Source: Verrucomicrobiota bacterium (GTDB lineage Bacteria > Verrucomicrobiota > Kiritimatiellia > Kiritimatiellales > Tichowtungiaceae). Taken from it: DNA of 64,000 nucleotides. The stretch covers positions 6,777 to 70,776 of the forward strand of contig JAEIOF010000001.1 in NCBI GenBank assembly GCA_016342445.1, given 5' to 3'. Each line of letters starts with the position of its first letter. Position 1 is the first letter of the stretch. Position numbers and translations under genes: made by a program. The notes beneath the pieces are model-generated. The model worked only from the letters and a program-made list of their open reading frames with translations, did not search any database and was not told the DNA's origin. This document shows positions 18,721 through 27,624 of the stretch, one piece after another.

Positions 18721-20199
18721 TTAGAGCGCCTCCCGCACGGTTTCGCGGTCGTCGAAGGGGACGATGGTTCCGTTAAATTCCTGCGTTGTTTCGTGGCCCT
18801 TGCCCGCGACGAGAAGTACATCCTTTTTACCAATACAGTCCAGACCGCGCGCGATTGCGGCTTTCCGATCCAGACAGATTTCATATTTCCGTTCAGAGTC
18901 AAAGCCGGCGGCGATGTCGGCGGCGATCTTTTCCGGAACTTCGGTACGCGGGTTGTCGTTGGTGATGATGGCGTAGTCGGCCAGTCGCGCGGCCACTTCG
19001 CCCATGAGCCGGCGCTTGCCGCAGTCTCGGTTTCCGCCGCATCCGAAAACGACGACAAGTTTGCCGGGCGTGATTTCGCGCAGGGCCTCAAGCACATTGC
19101 GAAGCGCGTCATCGGTGTGGGCGTAGTCCACAAAAACCCGTTTGTTTTTCGAGCCGCCAACCGCTTCGAGCCGACCGGGGACGTTTTCCATTTTGCCGAG
19201 CGCGCGAACGATGATCTCCACCGGAATCCCCAGCGAGGCGGCGGCGGCGAACGCGGCGAGCGCATTGATGAGGTTGAACCGTCCGATCAGCTGAAGCGAA
19301 ATGCTGGCTTCACCCCACGGGCTTTCGACCCGCATCCGGGAGCCATTGGCGTCGGTCTTCACATCGAGGCCGCGCACGGTGGCGCCCTCTTCAAATCCGT
19401 AGGAGACGGGGTTGGCCGTCCGGCAGTTTTCTGCAAGGAGGCGCTTGCCCCACGGGTCGTCGCGATTGATGACGGCGGCTCCTTTCACCTGCGAAAAGAG
19501 GCGTGATTTAACTTCGAAATAGTTTTCGAGCGTTCCGTGGTAGTCGAGGTGATCCTGCGTGAGGTTGGTAAAAATGGCAGCGTCGAACTGAATGCCTTCA
19601 ACGCGATACTGATCCAGCGCATGGGAGGAAACCTCCATGACGACACTGTCGCACCCGGAGCGGGTCATCTGAGCCAGCATGCGCTGGATATCGGGCGCCT
19701 CGGGAGTGGTTCGCGCCGCAGGCAATACGCGGTCGCCGATTTCGTAGCGGACGGTTCCGATCAGGCCGGAGCGCCGATTGGCGGCCTGAAGAATTTCGCG
19801 CAGCATGAAGCTGACGGTGGTTTTCCCGTTGGTTCCGGTGACGGCCAACGTGCAAAGCTTTTCGGCGGGCTGACCATAAAAGACCCGCGAGAGCTGCGCG
19901 AGCGCCAACCGGGCATTGGAAACCTGTACGCAAGGAAAGTCGCCGCCGAGGGCGCAAGGTGTTTGCGAAACCACCGCGACCGCACCCCGATGCGCGGCCT
20001 CTTCGATGTAACCCGATCCGTCCACATGATCACCGGGCAAGGCCACGAACAACGCGCCGGGAGTGACCCGCCGCGAGTCGTACTCGATGGAGCTGATCTC
20101 GCAGGAAATATCTCCGGCTATCTCAACCGTCTGGATGCCCGACAAAAGCGTTTCGAGCATCATTCTTTTTCCATCACTCTTCATAATTCTACCGGTCAC
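18721..20199 (-). CDS. murE: UDP-N-acetylmuramoyl-L-alanyl-D-glutamate--2,6-diaminopimelate ligase
   Basis: 492-aa ORF with the P-loop AVTGTNGKTTV and a DNPR motif (ITNDNPRTE). The start is GTG at 20199, or ATG at 20184. Confidence 0.93.
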   Translation of the reverse strand: MTGRIMKSDGKRMMLETLLSGIQTVEIAGDISCEISSIEYDSRRVTPGALFVALPGDHVDGSGYIEEAAHRGAVAVVSQTPCALGGDFPCVQVSNARLALAQLSRVFYGQPAEKLCTLAVTGTNGKTTVSFMLREILQAANRRSGLIGTVRYEIGDRVLPAARTTPEAPDIQRMLAQMTRSGCDSVVMEVSSHALDQYRVEGIQFDAAIFTNLTQDHLDYHGTLENYFEVKSRLFSQVKGAAVINRDDPWGKRLLAENCRTANPVSYGFEEGATVRGLDVKTDANGSRMRVESPWGEASISLQLIGRFNLINALAAFAAAASLGIPVEIIVRALGKMENVPGRLEAVGGSKNKRVFVDYAHTDDALRNVLEALREITPGKLVVVFGCGGNRDCGKRRLMGEVAARLADYAIITNDNPRTEVPEKIAADIAAGFDSERKYEICLDRKAAIARGLDCIGKKDVLLVAGKGHETTQEFNGTIVPFDDRETVREAL

Positions 20200-21940
20200 T
20201 TTCTTCTTTCAGGAGCTGTGCTTCAAGCTCACTGACATATTCGGTGGGAAACCCCTGCGGCGAAATGCGCAGGTAGCGAACGGTCTGGTCCGCAATTTCC
20301 TGAAAATAGGGGGCGCAGACGGTTCCGCCATAGTGGGCGCCCTGCGGATCATCGGCGACCACCATAATGCTGATGGCCGGGTTTTCAACGGGGAGGAATC
20401 CGGCAAACGAGGCGATGTATTTATTGGCGTAGTAGCCGCCCTCTTCCAGATTCACTTTCTGGGCGGTTCCGGTTTTTCCCGCAACCAGATAGCCGCGCAA
20501 CGCCGCCTTGGTTCCCGTGCCGCCGGGCTGGGTAACACGGGCGAGCAGGCGACACATTTCCTTGGCCGTCTCGGGACTGATGGGCCGCCCCAGCTCTTCA
20601 GGGATGGCCTCCATAATGGTTTTCCCGTCGGCATCAACGATCTTCTCTATGATGAGTGGACGCATACGGATGCCGTCGTTGGCGATGGCGCCGAGAGCAG
20701 AGAGGATTTGCATGGAAGTCACCAAAATCTCGTGGCCCATTGCAAGGCGGGTGGCACTGATTTTCGACCAGCGATTAACACTCCAGAGAATCCCCGCATC
20801 CTCGCCGGGAAGATCAATCTCCGTCTGCGCGCCAAAGCCAAACTCCTTCAGGCTCTGATAGACTTTTTCGTCGCCCATTTTCAGAGCAATTTTTGCAGCG
20901 CCAATGTTGCTCGATTTTTTCAGAATATCGGCCACCGTGAGCAGGCCTTCGCCATGTGAGTCGTGTAGCGCCTTGCCGCCATACATCCACCGGCCATTTT
21001 CGCAGTCAAAAATATCCTGAGCACTGACTGCACCGGAATCGAGAGCGGAGGCGATGATCATCGCCTTCATGGTCGAGCCCGGCTCGTAAGTGTAGTTGAT
21101 GACGCGGTTACGCATCCACTCCGCCGGAGCCGCGCCGAAACTGTTCAGGTTGAAGGTCGGCCACGAAGCCATGGCGAGGATTTCACCGGTGCGCACATTC
21201 TGCACAACAGCCCAGGCCCCTTTGGGCTGATATTTGGCGACCATCTCATCCAGCGCCTTTTCGGCAAAATGCTGCACCTGCTGATCGATGGTCAGGTAAA
21301 CATCGGCACCGGGCTGCGGTTCGATGTCGACTGTGCGGCGGCTGTAAATTTCGCGGCGGCGTCCATCTTTCTGGCTGATCCGCAGACCGGAACTCCCCTG
21401 AAGGTAGGAATTCATCTTCTGCTCAATCCCGGCACTCCCGACCCCTTCGTGGTTCGCAAAACCAGTCACGTGCGCGCCGAGCACCCCTTTGGGATAGTTT
21501 CGAATGGGCACCTCTTCAAAAATAAGCCCTTTGAGGTTCATAGCCTGAAGCGGCTCAAGGCCTTTTTCTCTCATGTACTTCTGAATGCGCACATATTGAC
21601 GCGTCGGCTGATCGAGTAGCTTCCAGACTTCTTCGCGATTGAGATGGAGCTGGCTAGTGAGCGCTTCACAAACCTGCTGAATATCGCCGTGTTCCAGAAT
21701 AAATTTCGGATCGGCGCACACATGCCTGGCCGCGATATCCACCGCTAGGATATTCCCCTCCCGATCCAGAATCCGTCCGCGCGGCCCGCGGGTTTTTTCT
21801 TCCAGATGCCGGCCTTTTTCGATGCGAGCCAGTGTACTTTCGGCAGGCTTTAAATGCAAAAAAGCCAGGCGAACACCCAGCCCCGCAAAAACCGCGACGA
21901 TCAAACCCGCGGTGATTAAAATTCTGCCCTTATCGTTCAT
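20189..21940 (-). CDS. ftsI: class B penicillin-binding protein (PBP3-type transpeptidase)
   Basis: 583-aa ORF with an N-terminal TM anchor, a PBP dimerisation domain and the transpeptidase motifs STMK, SSN and KTGT. Confidence 0.92.
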   Translation of the reverse strand: MNDKGRILITAGLIVAVFAGLGVRLAFLHLKPAESTLARIEKGRHLEEKTRGPRGRILDREGNILAVDIAARHVCADPKFILEHGDIQQVCEALTSQLHLNREEVWKLLDQPTRQYVRIQKYMREKGLEPLQAMNLKGLIFEEVPIRNYPKGVLGAHVTGFANHEGVGSAGIEQKMNSYLQGSSGLRISQKDGRRREIYSRRTVDIEPQPGADVYLTIDQQVQHFAEKALDEMVAKYQPKGAWAVVQNVRTGEILAMASWPTFNLNSFGAAPAEWMRNRVINYTYEPGSTMKAMIIASALDSGAVSAQDIFDCENGRWMYGGKALHDSHGEGLLTVADILKKSSNIGAAKIALKMGDEKVYQSLKEFGFGAQTEIDLPGEDAGILWSVNRWSKISATRLAMGHEILVTSMQILSALGAIANDGIRMRPLIIEKIVDADGKTIMEAIPEELGRPISPETAKEMCRLLARVTQPGGTGTKAALRGYLVAGKTGTAQKVNLEEGGYYANKYIASFAGFLPVENPAISIMVVADDPQGAHYGGTVCAPYFQEIADQTVRYLRISPQGFPTEYVSELEAQLLKEESDR

Positions 21941-21961
21941 CCATAGAAGTCCATCACAAGG

Positions 21962-22318
21962 CTATTTGTTATAGGCCAACGTCACGGTCTCCGAAGCGAC
22001 TCCGCCACGGCGCACACGGACGATCTGACGTTCGTCGGGAAGCGTCATGGCCAGATGGTGGCGCTTGAGCGCGCGCTCAAAGTTGGCGGGAGCCAGCAGG
22101 TTCGACCAGCGGTCCTGTTCATTAATCATCCGAAGCCGAGCCCCCCGTCGGACAGTTTCCAGCCGGTTAATCTCCTGCCCCAACGTGTCGCACCGGGCGC
22201 AGAGCCAGACATAACTGAGTCCGAAAACGGCGACGAAAACCAGAATGTTTGCCAGAAGCATCGGAAATGGAATCCGAACCTCTGCTTTACGGTTTGTATT
22301 TTTCCGTTTCTTTTTCAT
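21962..22318 (-). CDS. ftsL: cell division protein FtsL-like (small bitopic membrane protein)
   Basis: 118-aa ORF with a single TM helix followed by a coiled-coil-like segment. It sits in the canonical position between rsmH and ftsI. The call rests mainly on position. Confidence 0.6.
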   Translation of the reverse strand: MKKKRKNTNRKAEVRIPFPMLLANILVFVAVFGLSYVWLCARCDTLGQEINRLETVRRGARLRMINEQDRWSNLLAPANFERALKRHHLAMTLPDERQIVRVRRGGVASETVTLAYNK

Positions 22319-23244
22319 ACTGTCATCTCCTTTTCCACCACCCGCAATTTCGCCGAACGCGCGCGCGGGTTGTCCGCCAATTCCTGTTTCGTGGCAGTCA
22401 CCGGTTTTCCGGTAATTCGTCGTACTGCCGGTTCGTCATAAACTAATTTTTCACCACCCTGCTGAAGCGACTCGCGCTTCACGGTGTGGCGTTTAAAGCA
22501 TTCCTTCACCATCCGGTCTTCCAGACTATGGAAGGTGATCACAGTCATCCGTCCGCCCGGGCGAAGCATCGAGAGGCCCGCCTCCAGGCCGGTCTCCAGA
22601 CTTTCCAGCTCGGCATTGACTGCCATGCGAAGCGCCTGAAATGTCTGGGTGGCCGGATGAGTCGGCCCGCGGCGCCCGCCGACGGCTTTTTCAACAATCG
22701 CGGCCAACTCGAGTGTCCGCTCGATCCGACCCGTTTTACGCGCCTCCACAATGGCGCGGGCAATCCGGCGCGATTTGCGCTCTTCGCCCAATCGATAAAT
22801 CACATTGGCGAGCGTCTCTTCATCCTCTTCGTTCACCCAGTCGGCGACCGAACGGCCCTGCGTTTGATCCATGCGCATATCGAGCGGGCCGTCCTTACCG
22901 AAGCTAAATCCGCGTTCCGCGACATCAAGCTGCGGCGAGCTGACGCCGAGGTCGAGGAGCACCCCGTCCACTTCCGTCACACCGATCGTTTTGCAAAGCT
23001 CTTTCATATCCGCAAAATTTCCATGAATCCGCTGCACCTGATTTCCAAACCCCTTCAACCTCTCCGCCGTCTGCATGATGGCCTCCGCGTCGCGATCCAG
23101 CCCGATCAACCGTCCGTCCGGCGAAAGCCGTTTTAAAATTTCCAGTGCATGTCCGCCGCGCCCGAGCGTCCCGTCGATGTACGTTCCTGCCGGATTGGTA
23201 ATCAGCAGATCCAACGTTTCGTTCAGCAATACCGGAACATGCAT
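22315..23244 (-). CDS. rsmH: 16S rRNA (cytosine1402-N4)-methyltransferase
   Basis: 309-aa ORF starting MHVPVLLNETLDLL..DGTLGRGGH.., the typical RsmH/MraW signature, in dcw context. Confidence 0.95.
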   Translation of the reverse strand: MHVPVLLNETLDLLITNPAGTYIDGTLGRGGHALEILKRLSPDGRLIGLDRDAEAIMQTAERLKGFGNQVQRIHGNFADMKELCKTIGVTEVDGVLLDLGVSSPQLDVAERGFSFGKDGPLDMRMDQTQGRSVADWVNEEDEETLANVIYRLGEERKSRRIARAIVEARKTGRIERTLELAAIVEKAVGGRRGPTHPATQTFQALRMAVNAELESLETGLEAGLSMLRPGGRMTVITFHSLEDRMVKECFKRHTVKRESLQQGGEKLVYDEPAVRRITGKPVTATKQELADNPRARSAKLRVVEKEMTV

Positions 23245-23446
23245 CTCGTCCCCTAACCCAGTAACGCCGATGCCAGAACCCGACGCGAACAGGCCGCCGA
23301 AAACGTGGCCTCCTGCTTTTCGGTCATTAGCACCGTGCGAGGAAACCGGCTGTCGGGAAGCCGGAGATAGCGTTCCTTCTCGCTCTTCAAGTCAATGGCC
23401 TGCGAGAGGTGCATATATTTTGCGATACCTGTCATACTCATAATTT

Positions 23447-23905
23447 TCAATAGCCTCCGTAAAATGTGTTTTCAGCGAGCGACGAAGCCGTCGGTAGAGC
23501 CAAATCAAAATGTTCTTCACTCCAAAGCTCGATGCGCGTCAGCGTGCCGACCAACACCACCTTGGTTTTCACCTCCGCATGCGCGAGGAGTTCATCCTTA
23601 ATGCGCACCCGGCCCTGAACATCCGTCAGCAGAGCATCCGCCGAAGCCGTCATCGCGCGAATCGCCTGCTCATCCTCTGCATCCGGAGTTCCCGCCGCGC
23701 GCAACTGCCCCAGACGGCGGTTCATTTCCGCCAGGGTGTAGATATAAAGGCAGGGACGATCCGGGTGAGGAAGAACGTAAAGCCGGGAGGGTTCGCCAAG
23801 CAGAGAGCGCCACATAGACGGCACAATCAACCGGCGTTTTGGATCCAGTGAGTGATGAAAAGACCCAACGAATAACTCTTCACTAATCAGTTCTGATGTA
23901 TTCAT
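23447..23905 (-). CDS. mraZ: division/cell wall cluster transcriptional regulator MraZ
   Basis: 152-aa ORF with a duplicated SpoVT/AbrB-like MraZ module (HSLDPKRRLIVP.. and DVQGRVRIKDEL..). It is the first gene of the dcw block. Confidence 0.9.
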   Translation of the reverse strand: MNTSELISEELFVGSFHHSLDPKRRLIVPSMWRSLLGEPSRLYVLPHPDRPCLYIYTLAEMNRRLGQLRAAGTPDAEDEQAIRAMTASADALLTDVQGRVRIKDELLAHAEVKTKVVLVGTLTRIELWSEEHFDLALPTASSLAENTFYGGY

Positions 23906-24471
23906 TTACTCCACCTCGCTCCTTTATGCCCCCTTTTGTGTCACTACACCCCACCACGGTCAACATATTTTGATATGTTTTTTCATTAGAAAGGGCTGAA
24001 AACATCACCGCCGGAGCCGGAGAAAACCAAAGTTCTTTGGTGCTATTTAGGCGGAAAAAGAGGAGCTGCTTATGAAAAAGTTTTGCGAAACCAATAGTGA
24101 GCAACGCGAATGGTTCACCGAAGTCGGCGGAACGCGACCTCGGCGTCTTTGCGCTGATGATCCCGGATTCTGAATGTTTTTCCACGCAGAGCCGCAAAGA
24201 ACGAAACACCGTCCCCTGAAATCGCAGCGATAGATGATTTTTCCGAAGGCCCGAAGCGTAGCGCAGATAATTTCCAAAAGGGAAATAGCGGGTGAAACGA
24301 GTGACTCATGGCCGGAAAACTCAAGCCTGTGTTCCTGACCTCCACAACTCAAAGAGTTCCGGAGATTCCGAGAAACCACCCTTTCGCTCCCTGCGTTCTT
24401 TTTCGGTTAAATAAAACTGACCGAACCGCATTAGGGATTGGAAAAACATCGGAGAGAACAACGGTTCCGCC

Positions 24472-25833
24472 CTACCCGATACACGCCTTAACCACGGCGG
24501 TGAGCTCTTCGGCGAGACGAAGGGTCATTTCATCGGTCGGGCCTTCGACCATGACGCGACACATTGGCTGTGTGCCGGAATAACGAATCAAGACACGACC
24601 GCTGTCGCCCAGCTCGGCTTCGGCTTTTTTGACCGCCGCCTGAATTCCTTCAATCTCTTCGAGCGGCGGCTTGGTGGCGACGTCGAAGTTGATGAGCTTC
24701 TGTGGAAAGACCTTCATCACCTTCGCTAACTCGGAAAGCGGCTTTCCGGTTTCGCGCATGATGCTGAGCAACTGAAGCGCGGCGATGATGCCGTCGCCGG
24801 TGGAGTGGTGATTGTGGAAAATAACGTGGCCGGAGGCTTCGCCGCCGAGCACCACATCATCCTGAATCATTCGTTCGAGCACATAGCGGTCGCCAACCGG
24901 GGTGATTTCGACATCAATCCCCATCTCTTTCATAGCGGCAAGGAATCCAAAGTTGCTCATGACGGTGGCGACCACTTTGTTGTTTTTAAGCAGGCCCCGT
25001 TCCCGGTACTGCTTCGCGCAGATGGCGATGATCTGGTCGCCGGAAAGTTCGATGCCGGTTTCGTCCACGACGATCAGGCGGTCGGCATCGCCATCGAAGG
25101 CCAGCCCGACTTCCGCGCCGGTCGCGAGCACTTTGGCTTTGAGGTCGTCAGTGTGCTGCGAGCCGCAGTTGTCGTTGATGTTCATGCCGTTCGGGCTGAC
25201 ATGAATCGCGTTCACATCTGCACCCAGCTCGGAAAAGATGATTGGAGCGACTTTGTAGGCGGCGCCATTGGCGCAATCGAGGGCGATCTTCATACCGTCG
25301 AGCGTCATGCCTTCCGGGAAGGTGTTTTTGCAAAAAACAATATAGCGGCCAATGGCATCATCGATGCGTTTGGCTTTACCGATGTCGGATTCGGTGGAGC
25401 GGATATCGCGCAACTTGTGGCTGTTGACCAGCTCTTCCATCTCCGCCTCTTCAGCGTCGGGCAATTTATAGCCGGTACGCGAAAAGATTTTAATGCCGTT
25501 GTCGTGATAGGGGTTGTGCGAAGCCGAGATGACAATCCCTGCGTCCGCCCGCATGTCCTGCGTGATGAAGGCGACGCCGGGCGTGGGAAGCGGGCCGAGC
25601 AGTAGCACATCGACCCCGACGGAACAGACGCCGGCAGTCAGCGCGCTTTCGAGCATGTAGCCGCTCAAACGGGTGTCTTTTCCAATCACGATGCGCGGAC
25701 GAGTGCCCTTTTCTTTGTGATATTCTTTGCAGACATGAGCGAGAGCGCGGCCGATTTCGAGCGCCTGCTCGGCCGTCATGTTACCCATGTTCGCCATATC
25801 GCGAACTCCGTCGGTTCCAAAAAGTTTCCCCAT
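24472..25833 (-). CDS. glmM: phosphoglucosamine mutase
   Basis: 453-aa ORF starting MGKLFGTDGVRD.., with the active-site loop SASHNP and a metal-binding motif DGDADR. Confidence 0.96.
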   Translation of the reverse strand: MGKLFGTDGVRDMANMGNMTAEQALEIGRALAHVCKEYHKEKGTRPRIVIGKDTRLSGYMLESALTAGVCSVGVDVLLLGPLPTPGVAFITQDMRADAGIVISASHNPYHDNGIKIFSRTGYKLPDAEEAEMEELVNSHKLRDIRSTESDIGKAKRIDDAIGRYIVFCKNTFPEGMTLDGMKIALDCANGAAYKVAPIIFSELGADVNAIHVSPNGMNINDNCGSQHTDDLKAKVLATGAEVGLAFDGDADRLIVVDETGIELSGDQIIAICAKQYRERGLLKNNKVVATVMSNFGFLAAMKEMGIDVEITPVGDRYVLERMIQDDVVLGGEASGHVIFHNHHSTGDGIIAALQLLSIMRETGKPLSELAKVMKVFPQKLINFDVATKPPLEEIEGIQAAVKKAEAELGDSGRVLIRYSGTQPMCRVMVEGPTDEMTLRLAEELTAVVKACIG

Positions 25834-25848
25834 GATGATCTACTCCTT

Positions 25849-26955
25849 TTATTCGGCTAAAATTGCGGATTCATCGACGATGCCCTGGAGCCATGCCGTG
25901 GCACCGGCGCGTGCACCCTCGCTTAAATTCTGAACTGCGGACAGATAGTCCGCCTTGTCCGACTGTTCGATTTCGATCATAAGACCGGCATTAGCGACGG
26001 TGTCGAGCGGCTCTTCGAGCCGCGTGCGCAGCGTTTTCCAAACATTGGAAAATTCGCGCTGCTTTTTTCCAAGCATTGGAAAATTTCCGTCCATTTTTTC
26101 CAATGTTTGGAAAGAATACTCCATCTTATCGGCCAATTGTTCCAACCGCTGGAAACGTTCATTCAAAATCAGGTCGAAGTTGGCGAGTGCGCCGTCGAAA
26201 ACGGCCTGATCAAATGCATCGCGGATAAAAAGGATGCGGACATGCTCGTACCACGCTTTAAGTGCTTTGATGTTGCCGATGTAAAGGAGGTTGTTTTTGA
26301 CGATCCGTCCGATTTTTTTATAGACGCCCTGCTCGTAGGGAATGGTTTTCTCTGCCGGAGTCGCTGGAATATGCAGCTGATTTTCTTCGAGAATGTCTTT
26401 GCGGCAGATGCCGCCTGCGGCGATGACGGTTCCGTAGGCGATGCGCGCCGGGCCGACAAGTCCGCCCTGCCCGCCGAGGAAAACGGGTTTCTGATCAAGC
26501 AGTACGCCGCGCGGCACATCTCCGACGAGCGAGGCGGTGGCTTTGTCCTGATTGGGCGTGAAGTTGAAATGAATGTAGGAGGAGCCGACCTCACTGTGGT
26601 CCCTGCGACTGCTGCCTCCCGCCATCAGGATGTCGCAAAAGTTGATTAAACTTCCGAGGGTGACGAAAGGAAGAAGTACGGTTTGTTTGAGGCCGACGGC
26701 GTGCGCGCCGCTGGCCTGTTCTTCGAGAATGGTTCCCGCGCGCACATGTGCGCCGCTTCCCATGCCGGCCCCGTCGAGAAAGACCGCGCCGGAGAAAAAC
26801 CCGCCGTGGAGCGTTACGTTGCGGCCAAGCCGACAATTCTCGACGGTGACGGGCCCTTCTGCGCCGATTTCGCTGCCGGGGCCGATGGAGGAGTTTGTGA
26901 TCCGGCATCCGGGATGAATGACAGCATCCGGGGAAATGTTGTTTTTGGAACTCAT
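25849..26955 (-). CDS. left-handed beta-helix (hexapeptide-repeat) protein, possible GlmU-C-like GlcN-1-P N-acetyltransferase, with a repeat-laden C-terminal half
   Basis: 368-aa ORF. The N-terminal ~200 aa have hexapeptide periodicity (..IGPGSEIGAEGPVTVENCRLGRNVTLHGG..). It lies immediately downstream of glmM. The function is inferred from fold and context only. The C-terminal half contains four palindrome copies. Confidence 0.55.
   Translation of the reverse strand: MSSKNNISPDAVIHPGCRITNSSIGPGSEIGAEGPVTVENCRLGRNVTLHGGFFSGAVFLDGAGMGSGAHVRAGTILEEQASGAHAVGLKQTVLLPFVTLGSLINFCDILMAGGSSRRDHSEVGSSYIHFNFTPNQDKATASLVGDVPRGVLLDQKPVFLGGQGGLVGPARIAYGTVIAAGGICRKDILEENQLHIPATPAEKTIPYEQGVYKKIGRIVKNNLLYIGNIKALKAWYEHVRILFIRDAFDQAVFDGALANFDLILNERFQRLEQLADKMEYSFQTLEKMDGNFPMLGKKQREFSNVWKTLRTRLEEPLDTVANAGLMIEIEQSDKADYLSAVQNLSEGARAGATAWLQGIVDESAILAE
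26036..26154. repeat. iterated palindrome, array of 4 copies (31, 31 and 42 bp apart) in the hexapeptide-repeat protein gene
   Basis: TTCCAAACATTGGAA at 26036, TTCCAAGCATTGGAA at 26067, TTCCAATGTTTGGAA at 26098 and TTCCAACCGCTGGAA at 26140. The protein reads FQRLEQ..FQTLEK..FPMLGK..FSNVWK. Confidence 0.95.
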
Positions 26956-27128
26956 TTAAGCAGCGCTCCGATCACGATTCCGATCCCGGTAAACAACAAC
27001 AGCGCGAGGGACGTCTTGAGTTTCAGTGCGAAGGAGAAAATCTCAACGGTGGTGTTACCGCCGGTGAAAATAAAAAAAAGCACGCAAAGCGCAATCAGCA
27101 ACAGGGCCCAAATCAGTCTGCGATTCAT
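26952..27128 (-). CDS. LapA/DUF1049-like small membrane protein (58 aa), below the ORF-track cutoff
   Basis: Reverse-complement translation is MNRRLIWALLLIALCVLFFIFTGGNTTVEIFSFALKLKTSLALLLFTGIGIVIGALLK. AAGGAGAGACGGT precedes the ATG. Its TGA overlaps the ATG of the downstream gene (ATGA). Confidence 0.6.
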   Translation of the reverse strand: MNRRLIWALLLIALCVLFFIFTGGNTTVEIFSFALKLKTSLALLLFTGIGIVIGALLK

Positions 27129-27206
27129 ACCGTCTCTCCTTCTGAAAGATTCACCGGGTGAGGTTACAACGATTGAAAGGGCGGGGCAATGGTTTATGGC
27201 AACGCG

Positions 27207-27611
27207 TTAATCGGAGATCTGCTCGAAGGTGCTATAGATCCAGTCGAGCATGGATTCGAAGCGGGGGTCGCCGCGCAAAAAGGCGAGATCTACGTCCTTT
27301 TTCATCCACTCATAATCGTCATAGCCCAAATCCATAGCGCGGCTCAGGGCTTCAAGCGCGTCGTCTTTGCGTCTGGAAAGCGAAAAGCTACAGGCGAGGT
27401 TGTACCAAACCATTGGGTCTTCCGGACAAAGGCGACTGAGGCGTTCGTCGACGTGCAACCCTTCGGCGGTTTCGCCCGTGCGGGTGTAAAGATCTGCCAG
27501 CGCCCGCAACACTTCGGTGTCTTCCGGAAGGCGCGCCATAATCCGCTGGAGAAATTCCAGTTCCTGTTTGTCTTCGCGGAGGGCGTCCGCGCCGCTTCGG
27601 GGCTGAGTCAT
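27207..27611 (-). CDS. tetratricopeptide-repeat protein
   Basis: 134-aa ORF with TPR-like helical repeats (..VLRALADLYTRTGETAEGL.., ..WYNLACSFSLSRRKDDALEALSRAMDLG..). Confidence 0.65.
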   Translation of the reverse strand: MTQPRSGADALREDKQELEFLQRIMARLPEDTEVLRALADLYTRTGETAEGLHVDERLSRLCPEDPMVWYNLACSFSLSRRKDDALEALSRAMDLGYDDYEWMKKDVDLAFLRGDPRFESMLDWIYSTFEQISD

Positions 27612-27624
27612 GCTGGAAATTCCA

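Noticed and set aside
23253-23450. 65-aa ORF that exactly fills the mraZ-rsmH gap (TTG start overlapping the mraZ stop, internal ATGs).
   Set aside because: The placement is neat and the codon third positions are moderately GC-rich. However, there is no recognisable motif, no clear RBS and no known gene at this position in dcw clusters. I cannot support it without conservation or Ribo-seq data.
26036-26154. Regularly spaced repeats (15-bp repeat, 16-nt spacer) that superficially resemble a mini CRISPR array.
   Set aside because: The repeat is far too short and there are only 2-4 units. The arrays lie in frame inside conserved ORFs, and the same repeat is scattered singly across the window. 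No cas genes or leader are present. They are treated as a dispersed palindrome family instead.
27207-27611. Calling the TPR protein LapB (YciM) because it precedes a LapA-like miniprotein.
   Set aside because: It is only 134 aa, lacks the N-terminal TM helix and the C-terminal rubredoxin-like zinc site of LapB, and the gene order is reversed relative to lapAB.
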